This document shows, piece after piece, positions 48,626 to 58,453 of a stretch of 64,000 nt of DNA; the first letter of the stretch is position 1, and every line of letters starts with the position of its first letter. The notes under the pieces were generated by a model. It saw only the letters and a program-made list of their open reading frames with translations. It ran no database searches and was not told the origin of the DNA. The translations under genes were made by a program, and so were the position numbers. Source of the stretch: Fibrobacteria bacterium (GTDB lineage Bacteria > Fibrobacterota > Fibrobacteria > UBA11236); assembly GCA_043745805.1 (NCBI GenBank), contig JAYTSD010000017.1, forward strand, positions 32,001 through 96,000, read 5' to 3'.

Positions 48626-49997
48626 CTTTGCGGTTAACCTACAGCCCGCCGATTATTTATTTTTTTCTACCCATAAAAATCCCACTCAAGTAGTGTCCGA
48701 TAGTAAATACGCCTATATCCTCACTGAAGGAGGCATTTTGGTTTATGATTATCGCCGGCAAAATTGGATCGATAATATTATTCTCACAGTCCCCGTCAGT
48801 CGCATTAAAATTTCTAAGGAGCGAGGAACTTTATTAGTCGATATTGCTGGTAAAACTTTAGAGTATAATTCCACCTTTCATCGCTTAACGGATGCCTTTA
48901 GTAATGTTACTGAAGACGATGCGACGCTAGGAAAAACGGCCGATCTTAATGGCTTAATGCTCAATAATAATTATGTGTATTTGGGCGACGCTATTCGAGA
49001 TAAATATATGCGTCGCTCACCCGTAGTACAAGCGCGAGTATTTGATTATGATAATTTATGGATGCTCACACAAGGCATGGGATTATTTCAAGGATCGGCG
49101 CGTCGCAAAGAAGCCAATAGTATGTGGTTTGGATTAGATCAAAATGCCACGTTTAGTATTTATGCGGACGATAAAAACTTTTGGTTTGGCTCCAGCAAAG
49201 ATGATGGCGCATTAGTGCGCGCCTCACAAGATTTAAATAACTGGTCCTATTATCCTTCAACTTATGAATCGGGTTTTCCTAATGGATGTGTCAGAGATAT
49301 TATTCGTTGGAAAGATTATCTCTGGTTGGCTACTAATCGCGGCGTAGTACGTATGGAACCTAAAACCAATCAGTATAAGTTCTATTCGCATTTTCAAGGA
49401 GGGACAGAATTGAAAATTTTGTCTTTGCATGTGCATGAGGATCAATTATATGCAGGCACGGAACAAGGGCTTTCTAAAATAGCAGGACCGCAAGAGGATT
49501 TTCAAAATGTGCCCATGCCGCGAGGCGATATAGCTATTGCCGTATTAGGTATGGCTTCCAAGGATAAAGATTTATGGGTAGGCACACAGTATGGACTTTA
49601 TATGTTACATGATCAATGGAAGTCATTAGATGAACTTTCCAAAACCTCCGTAAAAAACAGTATCAATGTACCCGTCCCTGCGGTGAAATATCAGGATACA
49701 ACTTTATATTGGTTAGCCTTGGATAAAATTATGGCAAAACCGAAAAAAGTAGCCGCTAAAATTCTCTTGGAAAGAGAATCGCCCTTTAAACTTTTTGTGG
49801 ACGATAAATTTTTATTTGTGGCTTATAAAACGGGAGTAACGGTTTACAATTTAAAAACTAATTTGTGGACCGATTTTACCCTTTCCGATGGAATCCCCGG
49901 AAATCAAGTTTTAAGCCTTGCCGTACAGGCTGATAAGCTATGGATAGGAACGGATTTAGGTATAATGCGCATTAATGCGCGTCAATATTATCCCTAA
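48576..49997 (+). CDS. Exported beta-propeller protein (two-component regulator propeller/PorZ-like repeats)
   Basis: Signal peptide ending SFA; repeated LWxGTxxG blades (YLWLATNRGV, LYAGTEQGL, LWVGTQYGL, SDGIPGNQV..LWIGTDLGI). Confidence 0.7.
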   Translation: MNMPRFWLLLNLLLCSSFAVNLQPADYLFFSTHKNPTQVVSDSKYAYILTEGGILVYDYRRQNWIDNIILTVPVSRIKISKERGTLLVDIAGKTLEYNSTFHRLTDAFSNVTEDDATLGKTADLNGLMLNNNYVYLGDAIRDKYMRRSPVVQARVFDYDNLWMLTQGMGLFQGSARRKEANSMWFGLDQNATFSIYADDKNFWFGSSKDDGALVRASQDLNNWSYYPSTYESGFPNGCVRDIIRWKDYLWLATNRGVVRMEPKTNQYKFYSHFQGGTELKILSLHVHEDQLYAGTEQGLSKIAGPQEDFQNVPMPRGDIAIAVLGMASKDKDLWVGTQYGLYMLHDQWKSLDELSKTSVKNSINVPVPAVKYQDTTLYWLALDKIMAKPKKVAAKILLERESPFKLFVDDKFLFVAYKTGVTVYNLKTNLWTDFTLSDGIPGNQVLSLAVQADKLWIGTDLGIMRINARQYYP

Positions 49998-50145
49998 ATA
50001 TATCCCTAAACGTCCTTTAAGTTTTTTTAGTCTTTCATGACATTATAATTTCTTGTGATTTGCCTAAAAATTAACCCTTTCGGCTTTTTTTTACTTGTTG
50101 AATTCTTTCACCATCCCGTAATGTGTGAATAGAGAAGTAGAAAAT

Positions 50146-51204
50146 ATGAAGAAAAAATTTAAATTTCCTGTATCGCAACAAGCCAATTTACTGGGTTTAG
50201 AATGGAAAAAACTGGGTGTTTTTGCTCATTCGAATGCGCAACGATTTGAAGAAAAAAAACATCGCTCGGTATTTTTTGGATCGAATCATTTTAAAGGGTA
50301 TCATTGGACATACCCTACCTTAGATTTTGGCGCAACGCTCGGTCGTTTTGATGTGTATTATATTCATGAGGCGCAGCAAATCGATGGAAGTATTTTTGAA
50401 ATTTATTTGCAAGAAAGTGAATTTCAAACTCAACTCGAAGAAGTATTAACCTTACGTTTAGGTGAAGCCGAAATTGCTTTAGTTGAATTTTTGGGAATGC
50501 ATGAAGATCAACATCGCTTTTATGCACGAGACTTAAATAGTGGGCGAGAAATATTGTACAGCCCTAATGATTATTTAGACGCATGGGTTTCTCCCTTACG
50601 TCCCCAGAAAGATACCTGTTACATACAGGTTTATCGCGTTCCCTTACATTCGGTGAATTTAAATATGACCGAAGCGGTATTGTTAACGGCTCCCACTTAT
50701 TTTACTGGCAATGAATTACGCAGTCGTGCTTTAACCTGTTTGCGTTTGAATCCAGGAGGACTCACAGCGCATAAACTCGAACAAAAAGTTTGGGCGCATG
50801 CGAATTGGATGGATTTTTGCGTTGACATGCCTATTCCTTCGGAAGGCTATTTGCAAGCCTTGGTACGTTGGGAAGAGTATGTGGGCGTGGAGTTAGAAAA
50901 CTGTCCGTCCTTCCCTTGTTTTTTGCATGAATTAGAATTTAACCCTTATGCACGTTGTAAAATTGTAGCAGATTTAGGTAAGGCCGTTATTGCAATTCCC
51001 GAGTTTGAATGGGTATTAGAAACCTTGTGGAATGAGCAACCTCGATTGGGTCTTTGGGGTAAAACGCCTCGTCAACTCGAAAGATTTCTCTGCACACAAA
51101 CTATGTTAGATGAGGTATTAGAAGGCCTGAAAAATCGAGGGAAGGCTAAAATTTTACCCGCCCATGTACTGATGGCTCGTTCTTTAGAGCTTACTTTAAA
51201 GTAA
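50146..51204 (+). CDS. Hypothetical cytoplasmic protein, possible C-terminal DUF2384/Xre-MbcA-ParS-like motif
   Basis: Long ORF without a signal peptide; C-terminal WNEQPRLGLWGKTPRQL. Confidence 0.5.
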   Translation: MKKKFKFPVSQQANLLGLEWKKLGVFAHSNAQRFEEKKHRSVFFGSNHFKGYHWTYPTLDFGATLGRFDVYYIHEAQQIDGSIFEIYLQESEFQTQLEEVLTLRLGEAEIALVEFLGMHEDQHRFYARDLNSGREILYSPNDYLDAWVSPLRPQKDTCYIQVYRVPLHSVNLNMTEAVLLTAPTYFTGNELRSRALTCLRLNPGGLTAHKLEQKVWAHANWMDFCVDMPIPSEGYLQALVRWEEYVGVELENCPSFPCFLHELEFNPYARCKIVADLGKAVIAIPEFEWVLETLWNEQPRLGLWGKTPRQLERFLCTQTMLDEVLEGLKNRGKAKILPAHVLMARSLELTLK

Positions 51205-51217
51205 GCTTAAACTTTGT

Positions 51218-52768
51218 TTAAGGCTGTTTTTTCTTTCTATTTACAAATGCTTTTATTATCAAAGCAAAAAATCCAACTAAAAATAAAGCCATAAATAAGT
51301 TTTCAACTTGCGCACCTATTTTTTGATAAAGGGTGTTATAAGTTGTAAGTGGTAATTTGCGGCGTAAAACTCTTTGTTCAAAAAGTTTAGTTTTGCCGAG
51401 TATACGTCCTTGCGCATCATAAAACAAACTAATCCCCGAATTAGCACAGCGCGCAAGGGGCAGGCCCGATTCAACACCTCTAAAGCGGGATATATTCGCA
51501 TGTTGATAGGGTGCATTGCTTAAGCCAAACCATCCATCATTAGTGATATTCACTAATAATTTTGCACCATGTCGTTTGGCTTCACGGACATAATCCGAAT
51601 AAATGATTTCATAGCAAATGGACGGGCTATATGCTTTTTCATTTCCCCAAAGGGCATAATCTTTGCCAGGGCAAAAATCCCCTTCTCCTAAATTCACATA
51701 ATTCAGTAAAGGAAAAATATCGTCGAAGGGTAGGCGTTCGCTAAAAGGGACTAAGCGTAATTTGGAATATTGCTGAGTTTCGGTATTGGAATCGGGAGAA
51801 AATAAAAAGGCCGAATTATAAAAGTAATAAGGCCTTTCTGGTAAATGACTATCAGTATAGTCTAATGCACCTGCTAATATGGGCGCATGGTAGGCCGCTG
51901 CACGGCGTTTACATTCTAAAAATATATCGGGCCGTGTTTTGATAAAGTCGGGAATAGCGGTTTCGGGTAATAGGATTAATTCACTACCGGTTACCGTATC
52001 TCCAAAATGACCATCCATGGTATTCCAAGTTTTTTGCATAACTTCTTGAAAATAACCTTCATTCCATTTTTTAATTTGGGGAATTGACGGCTGTACCATG
52101 CTTATATCCATGCTAGGCTGAGTCGGAACTGGAGTAGCTAGGCGAATGCCACCAAGAATTAACATGAAAGTAGGAATGGATAAAGCTAAAGTTATTTTGC
52201 CGGCACGTTTTTTTTTATTAGTCCATGCGGAATAAATAAATAAGTTTGTGCATACTAATAAAAACGATATGCCTATTGCGCCCACCCAAGCCGCACTTTG
52301 TAAAAAAATCAAATAATGTCCCAAGGTATAGCCAAAATTGTTCCACGGAAAAGACATTTCTCCCTTGGCACGTAAGACTTCGAGTCCCGTCCAAAGAAAA
52401 GGATAAAGGCACAAACCAAAACGAAAGTTTAAGCATTGGCGAAATAACCAACCCAAGCAAGCATTGAATAGCGAGAGAAAAAGAATAAGTAGAATTAAAC
52501 CCATGAAAATGACTAAGGCTGGACCCACCTTCATCACATTATAAATCCACCAATACATGACCAAGTTATAAGCAATGCCGCCGGTAAAATTATAGAGAAA
52601 AGCTTGTTTACTATTAAGGCGAGTGGTGGCTAAAAATGCAGGGACTAAAATTACAAAGCTAAGAAAACCTAAAGGAAAGGGAGGATAGCAAAAGGCCCAT
52701 AAAATATTGGAAAGTAAAATGAGAAAAAATGCTTTTCTCTGCTCAATTTTAGGTAAGGAAAATTTCAA
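51218..52768 (-). CDS. lnt: Apolipoprotein N-acyltransferase
   Basis: TM N-terminus; FPWNNFGY; QPSIPQ; PETA (Glu); YSKLRLVPFSE (Lys); SICYE (Cys); NITNDGWFG; ANSGIS. Confidence 0.95.
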   Translation of the reverse strand: MKFSLPKIEQRKAFFLILLSNILWAFCYPPFPLGFLSFVILVPAFLATTRLNSKQAFLYNFTGGIAYNLVMYWWIYNVMKVGPALVIFMGLILLILFLSLFNACLGWLFRQCLNFRFGLCLYPFLWTGLEVLRAKGEMSFPWNNFGYTLGHYLIFLQSAAWVGAIGISFLLVCTNLFIYSAWTNKKKRAGKITLALSIPTFMLILGGIRLATPVPTQPSMDISMVQPSIPQIKKWNEGYFQEVMQKTWNTMDGHFGDTVTGSELILLPETAIPDFIKTRPDIFLECKRRAAAYHAPILAGALDYTDSHLPERPYYFYNSAFLFSPDSNTETQQYSKLRLVPFSERLPFDDIFPLLNYVNLGEGDFCPGKDYALWGNEKAYSPSICYEIIYSDYVREAKRHGAKLLVNITNDGWFGLSNAPYQHANISRFRGVESGLPLARCANSGISLFYDAQGRILGKTKLFEQRVLRRKLPLTTYNTLYQKIGAQVENLFMALFLVGFFALIIKAFVNRKKKQP

Positions 52769-52771
52769 AAC

Positions 52772-53503
52772 TTAACGCTTATTTTGAGGATGAAAAAGTA
52801 AAACATATTCCCCACGCGGTGTTCTCTCTTTATAGTAAAGCAAAAGCTCGGAAGGCTTGCCATTTAAAAATTCTTCAAATTTTTTCGTAAGTTCACGCGC
52901 CAAAACTAAATACATTTCATCGCCAAATACGGTTTGAATTTCTCCTAAAAAATTTACGATTTGATGAGGAGATACATAAAACGTTAGGGTAGGGGCATGG
53001 GCTTGACCTTCGGGATAACGTAACTTCAAAGTTTCTAATAAGCGTAAGCGTTGGGCACTTTTTTTAGGCGGAAAATTTTCAAATGAAAAATGATCGGTGG
53101 GTAATCCTGAGCAAACCAAGGCGGCGATTAAAGCACAAGGCCCGGGAATAGGAATAACCCGAATGCCTGCTTCTTTGGCTGCACGAATCAAATTATAAGC
53201 GGGGTCAGCAATACCTGGAGTTCCGGCATCACAAATCATGGCAATGCTATTTCCTTTTTGCAGGTATTCCAAATAGACGGGAGTTTTTTTCTCTTTATTA
53301 AAATCGTGATAGGCTTCACTGGGCGTGTTCAAACCAAAATGTTGTAAGAGTACACGAGAATGTCGGGTGTCTTCAGCAAGAATTAAATTCGCGCTGCGCA
53401 AAGCTTTTACGGCTCGAAAAGTAATATCGTCTAAGTTTCCAATTGGTGTAGCCACCACATAGAGGCAAGGTTTTTCGTCATTTAATATGTCACTTTCAAG
53501 CAA
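52772..53503 (-). CDS. rsmI: 16S rRNA (cytidine1402-2'-O)-methyltransferase
   Basis: LYVVATPIGNLDDIT; AEDTR; DAGTPGIADP; PIPGP; ARELTKKFEE; RGEYVL. Confidence 0.95.
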   Translation of the reverse strand: MLESDILNDEKPCLYVVATPIGNLDDITFRAVKALRSANLILAEDTRHSRVLLQHFGLNTPSEAYHDFNKEKKTPVYLEYLQKGNSIAMICDAGTPGIADPAYNLIRAAKEAGIRVIPIPGPCALIAALVCSGLPTDHFSFENFPPKKSAQRLRLLETLKLRYPEGQAHAPTLTFYVSPHQIVNFLGEIQTVFGDEMYLVLARELTKKFEEFLNGKPSELLLYYKERTPRGEYVLLFHPQNKR

Positions 53504-53626
53504 AAATGCCTCCCTATTCTTGCGAGGAAAGATAGAAAAGGGAGAGAGTGATGAACTAAAAAATAGTGGTTAATTAGCGTTCATTTATATTGAAATAGCC
53601 AAAGCGGCGGCATCATGCGGGGGTAA

Positions 53627-56600
53627 TTATTTACGCTGTTTTTTGAATAGTTTAAAAATCCGACTTACTTCTTTGTCACTATTATAGGCCGTTACTTTTA
53701 AGTAATAAAGTCCATTGGCAATATTATGACCAGAACCATCTCGTCCATCCCATACCACTTCCCGATATCCTACTACATTATGTTCTTCTAAGGCTTTTAC
53801 TAAACGCCCTGCACGCGAATAAATTTTGAGGTCCACTTTATCACAAAAATCTGTTAAGCTATATACAAAGGTAGCGGAATCTGCAAAGGGATTAGGGTAA
53901 CTGCCAAGATTTTGCAGAGTTAAGGCATCGCCCAGTCGATAAGTAATGGATTTTTTTGTGATATTTCCACTGATATCAAAAATGGTAAAGGTAAGGGTAT
54001 CGACGGCTATTTTTTGTTTAGGTAAAAATCGTAAATGCAATAAGGGCGTCATCGCTTTATCCGTTTCAAAAACGGCAGAAGTAGAATCGATTTTTTGCTT
54101 GGCACTTATTAAAATTGGCTTGTGTAAAATATTGTCTATGCCATAATTGTCTTGTAAAACAATATCAATCGGGGTATTGCGCGGAACATAATCATCGGGT
54201 AATAAAACTTGTCCATGGGAACTTAATTGAATACCTGGGACTTGTATATCTTGATTTAATAATAAGGCATATATTCCGTTTCGAAAAAAACTAGCGCTCG
54301 CAATGCCTACGCTGGCTAGCGAATCCAATTTTAACCAAGTATTATCTGCAAAGGTTCTAAAATGCCAATCCGGCCTTTGGGCATTATTAAAGGTTTTACT
54401 TTGCACATTCAATTTATTTAAAAGTAAGGGTGTCCAGAATTCAGATAATTTTAAAAGCGCAGAATCATTAGTCAAATTTTGTGATGACATTTGTATGGAC
54501 CAAGCTGTTAATGGGTTATCCCAGGGTTTTAAATAAGCGGGAAGGCTAAGATTATACATAGGCTGGATAAATATTCGTAATGGATTTGAGGGAACATAAT
54601 TTAGACTAAGGAATATCGGATTATTAGGTAGGCTGAAGGGCAGTTTTAGGGTATCGTTCAGGTTACTAAATAAAAATGTTTGTATAGTAAAAATGGTATC
54701 ACTACTATTATTTCCCAAATTGACTTCTTGATCATGAAGTGATTTTAATTCAGCATGTATAGGCATGCGGAGTGCGCTATCCGTTAATGGGAAAAACAAA
54801 GAATCACTTTGCCCTAAGTTTAATTTCTTTGCATATATTAAAGTATCCTTGGTTTTGGCAGACGATCCAGAAGTTAAAATGGCTTGGAAATCAGAGTCAT
54901 GGCCAAAGCCCATATTTTTAAAATGCAACCATATGCCTAATGTATTTTGAATGGGCAAAGAAATAGCTGGATGCAAAAATGCTAAATCAGGAGGTAATTG
55001 AATGGGTAAGGCATAAACTCGAGAGTCTAAATTATTAATCGGTTGTGCCACACTATTCGAGTCCATACTTCCCGCAAGAGCCATACGAAATTTAAGGATT
55101 AATTGCGGCGTTAATAAATCACTGCGGGAGGTTTGTAAAAATATTTTTTGGAAAGAGGTATAAATTTTTTGATCGTCGCTTTGTAAAGTAATGTCTGTCG
55201 AATTTTTTAAATCGTTTTTATTATCAATGGCAAAAGTAATAATGCCACTTTTAAAAGTGATTTGCGAATAGGCTGTTTTTAAACGAAACCCAACGGTTAC
55301 GGAGTCTCCCATTTTGGGATTATTTGGAATGGTGAAAACAGAATCAATCAGCCAATCTAAAGTGGAGAATAGCGCAGAAGTAGTTACGGTGCGGGTATTA
55401 TTCCAAGTGACCAAAACAACTTTTCCCTTGCGAAATCCCTGCGGAAAATTGGTTAAGCTATGTTCCAAGGAAAAGGCATTATTTTTAAGGGTAACCTGGG
55501 TATTACTTTCCAATGAGTCATCTAAATAAATCGAAACCAAGCCTTGTCCATCCGCAAAGGCCAGATTTTGTCCTTGTATAGAGAGCGTATTTTTTCCATT
55601 TAGCGCTTGGGGCTTTAAGATTAATTCTCCTTCTGCTTTGGCCGTTTGTAAGGTTAAAGCCGGATCGCCTAAAAGGTTAAATTCTTCCAATATGGGGGTA
55701 AAGTTTCCTCCGAAAGGTAATTGCACCATGGCTTCGGCTTGTTGCACAATACTTCCTACACTATGCGTTCCCGACGCGAAAGCAGCTTCTAATATTTCTT
55801 GAGAAAGAGCTTCACCCGCTTTACTGGAAATATAACCTGAAGCACCATAAAAGGAAGCGGCGCCACCTTTAGGGTAACGTAGCAGTTCCTCACCCAATGA
55901 GCGTGCGGAAACATCTTCAAAATAACCCGTTAAACATGTGATAGACGAAACAAAGGAAATTGGATAATTACCCTTTAAGCTATCGCCAACTAAGGCTTCG
56001 ATATTAAGTAAACCCGCATCAGACCAAACAGAGCCGCCACCATGACCATAAAAATTTACCCAAGCAAATCCGGAATCCATTTGCTGATAAAAATTTTGCC
56101 TAGCTGTATTGGATTTATAATAAGGCGATTGCGGATAAAGATCAATGCGTGAAAATTCGCGGTCATGATCTACCGCTAAAGTTTGCAACACATAATTTGT
56201 TTGGGCGAAGCCGGCTTCATAACCGGAAATGAGTAAACTTTTATTTTGCCATGAACCAGAATTGCGTTTTTCCAAAGTTAAAATTTTGCGAATGACATGC
56301 GATAAATCCAATTTATTGGCGACCGGAATACGGCCAATTAATAGATCGGGTAAATCATCGTCACCGGAAACTTTGGCAAAGTAATCATCATTTGCCGCAA
56401 TGCCCCAACCTTGAATATTCACTAAATGAGTAGGCACTAAATTTTGTTGAAAGGCTCCCGAAATTTTATCATACCATTGCGAGGTTTCTCCCAAGAGCAA
56501 TACATAAGTAGGAGCTGGCCTAGGCCAATTTTGAAAAGCATATTCTAAAAACCGGCGTAATGCGGCGGGATCCGTTTCTCCATTTCCAAAACTTTGATAA

Positions 56601-58453
56601 ATATGTTGCATGGTTACAACTTGGCAACGTAGGCCTTGGGCGGTGCGTATTGCTAGGAGGGAGTCGAGGGCGTTTCCAAATAAGCGTTTATCCGTAATCA
56701 CAATATAATCGGCACCTTGGGTGGGATGTAATAGATTGGGTAGAGTGTCTAAATGTATTAAGGGCTTTTCGCGATTTTCCCATGCAGATAAAATAAATTT
56801 TGTGGCATGGAATAAGCTGTCTTTAAAAGAAAGCGTTCCTCCTTTAGCGTTAGCTAAAATATTGTAACCTGTGAGTTTCCGTCCCTGTGTATCCCACAGT
56901 GAAATTTTGTCCGCCGTAATATTTTGCAAGGTGAAGCGCGTGAGTCCTAGGCTATCATGAAAGTCATTACTGAAATGCAATTGGTTTTGGGAGGCCGAAA
57001 AAGTAGCGGGAAAATCGAATTCCATATAATTTAAATAGGCGTCTTGTAATTCAATCAATTGTCCTTCATTAGTGCGTATATCATTAATTTTTTGAATGGT
57101 TAAAATATTTTTGCCTTCTTTTAAAAAAGTGGGACTGAGTTTTTGGGATTTCCACACATAAGCGGCTTGCCCTTCCCAGCGGGCTTCATTGCTTCCCACA
57201 TTGGCCACGGTAATATCATGGCTATTGAGTAAAAATTTTAAATGATGATCCGGATCGGCTTTAAAATTATTGGTAATGCCTTTTAAAGCTATGGTGACAT
57301 ATAAGTTACTGTTATCATTGGTCGGTAAACCGTCTTTGTAAGGCGCATAAGGACAATTAAACTCAATATCTATAGCATCTTTGTCCACGCCTTGATTTTT
57401 CCAAAACCAAAAATCACTCAATGCTTCTTCTTTTACTTGATTGCCCAAGTCTTGAATGTCTTGAATAGCTGTACTTCCGGTGCGTAAAATTTCATTGTCT
57501 TCTTCCACATGTAAATGTACGGTATGCTGGGTAGGGATAGCTTTCGATCCAGGCTGGAGAATTTCATTGGCGTCTGAAGCCACAGGAGTTGCTGGCGCTC
57601 GCAAACCCAATCCATTGCCCCAGGTTAACAGGAATGTTGCGTGGTTGGTATAAGGTGATAAATAAGTTGAATTGGTTGTTGCAGCCCCTAAGCCTTGTGC
57701 TCTAGCACCGATGAATTCTAAATAATCGCCTTCATTCCATTGCCCATCGTCTTCCCCTTGTATGTACAACGGGATTTCCAAGCCATTGCGCGTTAAACGC
57801 ATGGATCGCGGATCAATTTTATTGAGAGGCAAGCCTTTACTTTTTAAATCGGCATAAGTGATCACTTCAATATTTTCATCTTGCGTTTCCACTATTAATC
57901 GCTCAGTAGGTAAGGCTAATGTGGAACTGAAACCCTGTCCCGAGCCTGTCGATTTTTTGGCAAGCATATTATTTGCCACGGATCTAAAATTTCGGCTTTG
58001 TGCATAATTCATAATCCAATTCTGTAAAAATATTTCGGCTGGATTATCTGCGGGTGCTGCAAATACAGAACGGAATTTGCCATTCGGTAAAAATTGTAAA
58101 TGAATGCGCGCCTTTAATAGCAAAACTATTTTTTCCCCTTGCTTAACTTTTCGATGCAAAGTCAATGAAGAAACTTGCAAGTCACGGTATTGCTGCGGGG
58201 GCGATAAGGTTAATAAAGGTTCTTCAGAGGTTGTTTTTTGTTGAGGAAGGTTAACCGTTTCAAGCACATCGACTGTACCATTCACACTGCCACCTGGCAG
58301 GGCAAAAGCCTTATGCATATCGCTAGTGGACTCATTTGTTTCAGCGGTCCACAATAATGTTAAAGCATTGGCATCGCTTTGCTCAATGCTCCACGAGGCA
58401 AAAGTAAGGTGGCCCAAAACGAATAAGATTAGGAGAAATATTTTTTTTATCAT
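53627..58453 (-). CDS. C25-family (gingipain/PorU-like) cysteine peptidase with FlgD/T9SS-like C-terminal domain
   Basis: Signal peptide from the ATG at 58453; ADYIVIT; YVLLLGE; PDLLIGRIPV; catalytic-type FYGHGG and SITCLTG; FNLLGDP; terminal SYPNPF..KIYSRAGRLV..WDGRD..G..IANGLYY. Confidence 0.85.
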   Translation of the reverse strand: MIKKIFLLILFVLGHLTFASWSIEQSDANALTLLWTAETNESTSDMHKAFALPGGSVNGTVDVLETVNLPQQKTTSEEPLLTLSPPQQYRDLQVSSLTLHRKVKQGEKIVLLLKARIHLQFLPNGKFRSVFAAPADNPAEIFLQNWIMNYAQSRNFRSVANNMLAKKSTGSGQGFSSTLALPTERLIVETQDENIEVITYADLKSKGLPLNKIDPRSMRLTRNGLEIPLYIQGEDDGQWNEGDYLEFIGARAQGLGAATTNSTYLSPYTNHATFLLTWGNGLGLRAPATPVASDANEILQPGSKAIPTQHTVHLHVEEDNEILRTGSTAIQDIQDLGNQVKEEALSDFWFWKNQGVDKDAIDIEFNCPYAPYKDGLPTNDNSNLYVTIALKGITNNFKADPDHHLKFLLNSHDITVANVGSNEARWEGQAAYVWKSQKLSPTFLKEGKNILTIQKINDIRTNEGQLIELQDAYLNYMEFDFPATFSASQNQLHFSNDFHDSLGLTRFTLQNITADKISLWDTQGRKLTGYNILANAKGGTLSFKDSLFHATKFILSAWENREKPLIHLDTLPNLLHPTQGADYIVITDKRLFGNALDSLLAIRTAQGLRCQVVTMQHIYQSFGNGETDPAALRRFLEYAFQNWPRPAPTYVLLLGETSQWYDKISGAFQQNLVPTHLVNIQGWGIAANDDYFAKVSGDDDLPDLLIGRIPVANKLDLSHVIRKILTLEKRNSGSWQNKSLLISGYEAGFAQTNYVLQTLAVDHDREFSRIDLYPQSPYYKSNTARQNFYQQMDSGFAWVNFYGHGGGSVWSDAGLLNIEALVGDSLKGNYPISFVSSITCLTGYFEDVSARSLGEELLRYPKGGAASFYGASGYISSKAGEALSQEILEAAFASGTHSVGSIVQQAEAMVQLPFGGNFTPILEEFNLLGDPALTLQTAKAEGELILKPQALNGKNTLSIQGQNLAFADGQGLVSIYLDDSLESNTQVTLKNNAFSLEHSLTNFPQGFRKGKVVLVTWNNTRTVTTSALFSTLDWLIDSVFTIPNNPKMGDSVTVGFRLKTAYSQITFKSGIITFAIDNKNDLKNSTDITLQSDDQKIYTSFQKIFLQTSRSDLLTPQLILKFRMALAGSMDSNSVAQPINNLDSRVYALPIQLPPDLAFLHPAISLPIQNTLGIWLHFKNMGFGHDSDFQAILTSGSSAKTKDTLIYAKKLNLGQSDSLFFPLTDSALRMPIHAELKSLHDQEVNLGNNSSDTIFTIQTFLFSNLNDTLKLPFSLPNNPIFLSLNYVPSNPLRIFIQPMYNLSLPAYLKPWDNPLTAWSIQMSSQNLTNDSALLKLSEFWTPLLLNKLNVQSKTFNNAQRPDWHFRTFADNTWLKLDSLASVGIASASFFRNGIYALLLNQDIQVPGIQLSSHGQVLLPDDYVPRNTPIDIVLQDNYGIDNILHKPILISAKQKIDSTSAVFETDKAMTPLLHLRFLPKQKIAVDTLTFTIFDISGNITKKSITYRLGDALTLQNLGSYPNPFADSATFVYSLTDFCDKVDLKIYSRAGRLVKALEEHNVVGYREVVWDGRDGSGHNIANGLYYLKVTAYNSDKEVSRIFKLFKKQRK

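Noticed and set aside
49989-50010. Direct repeat TATCCCTAAA x2 at the propeller gene stop
   Set aside because: Only a 10-bp local duplication with no associated mobile element.
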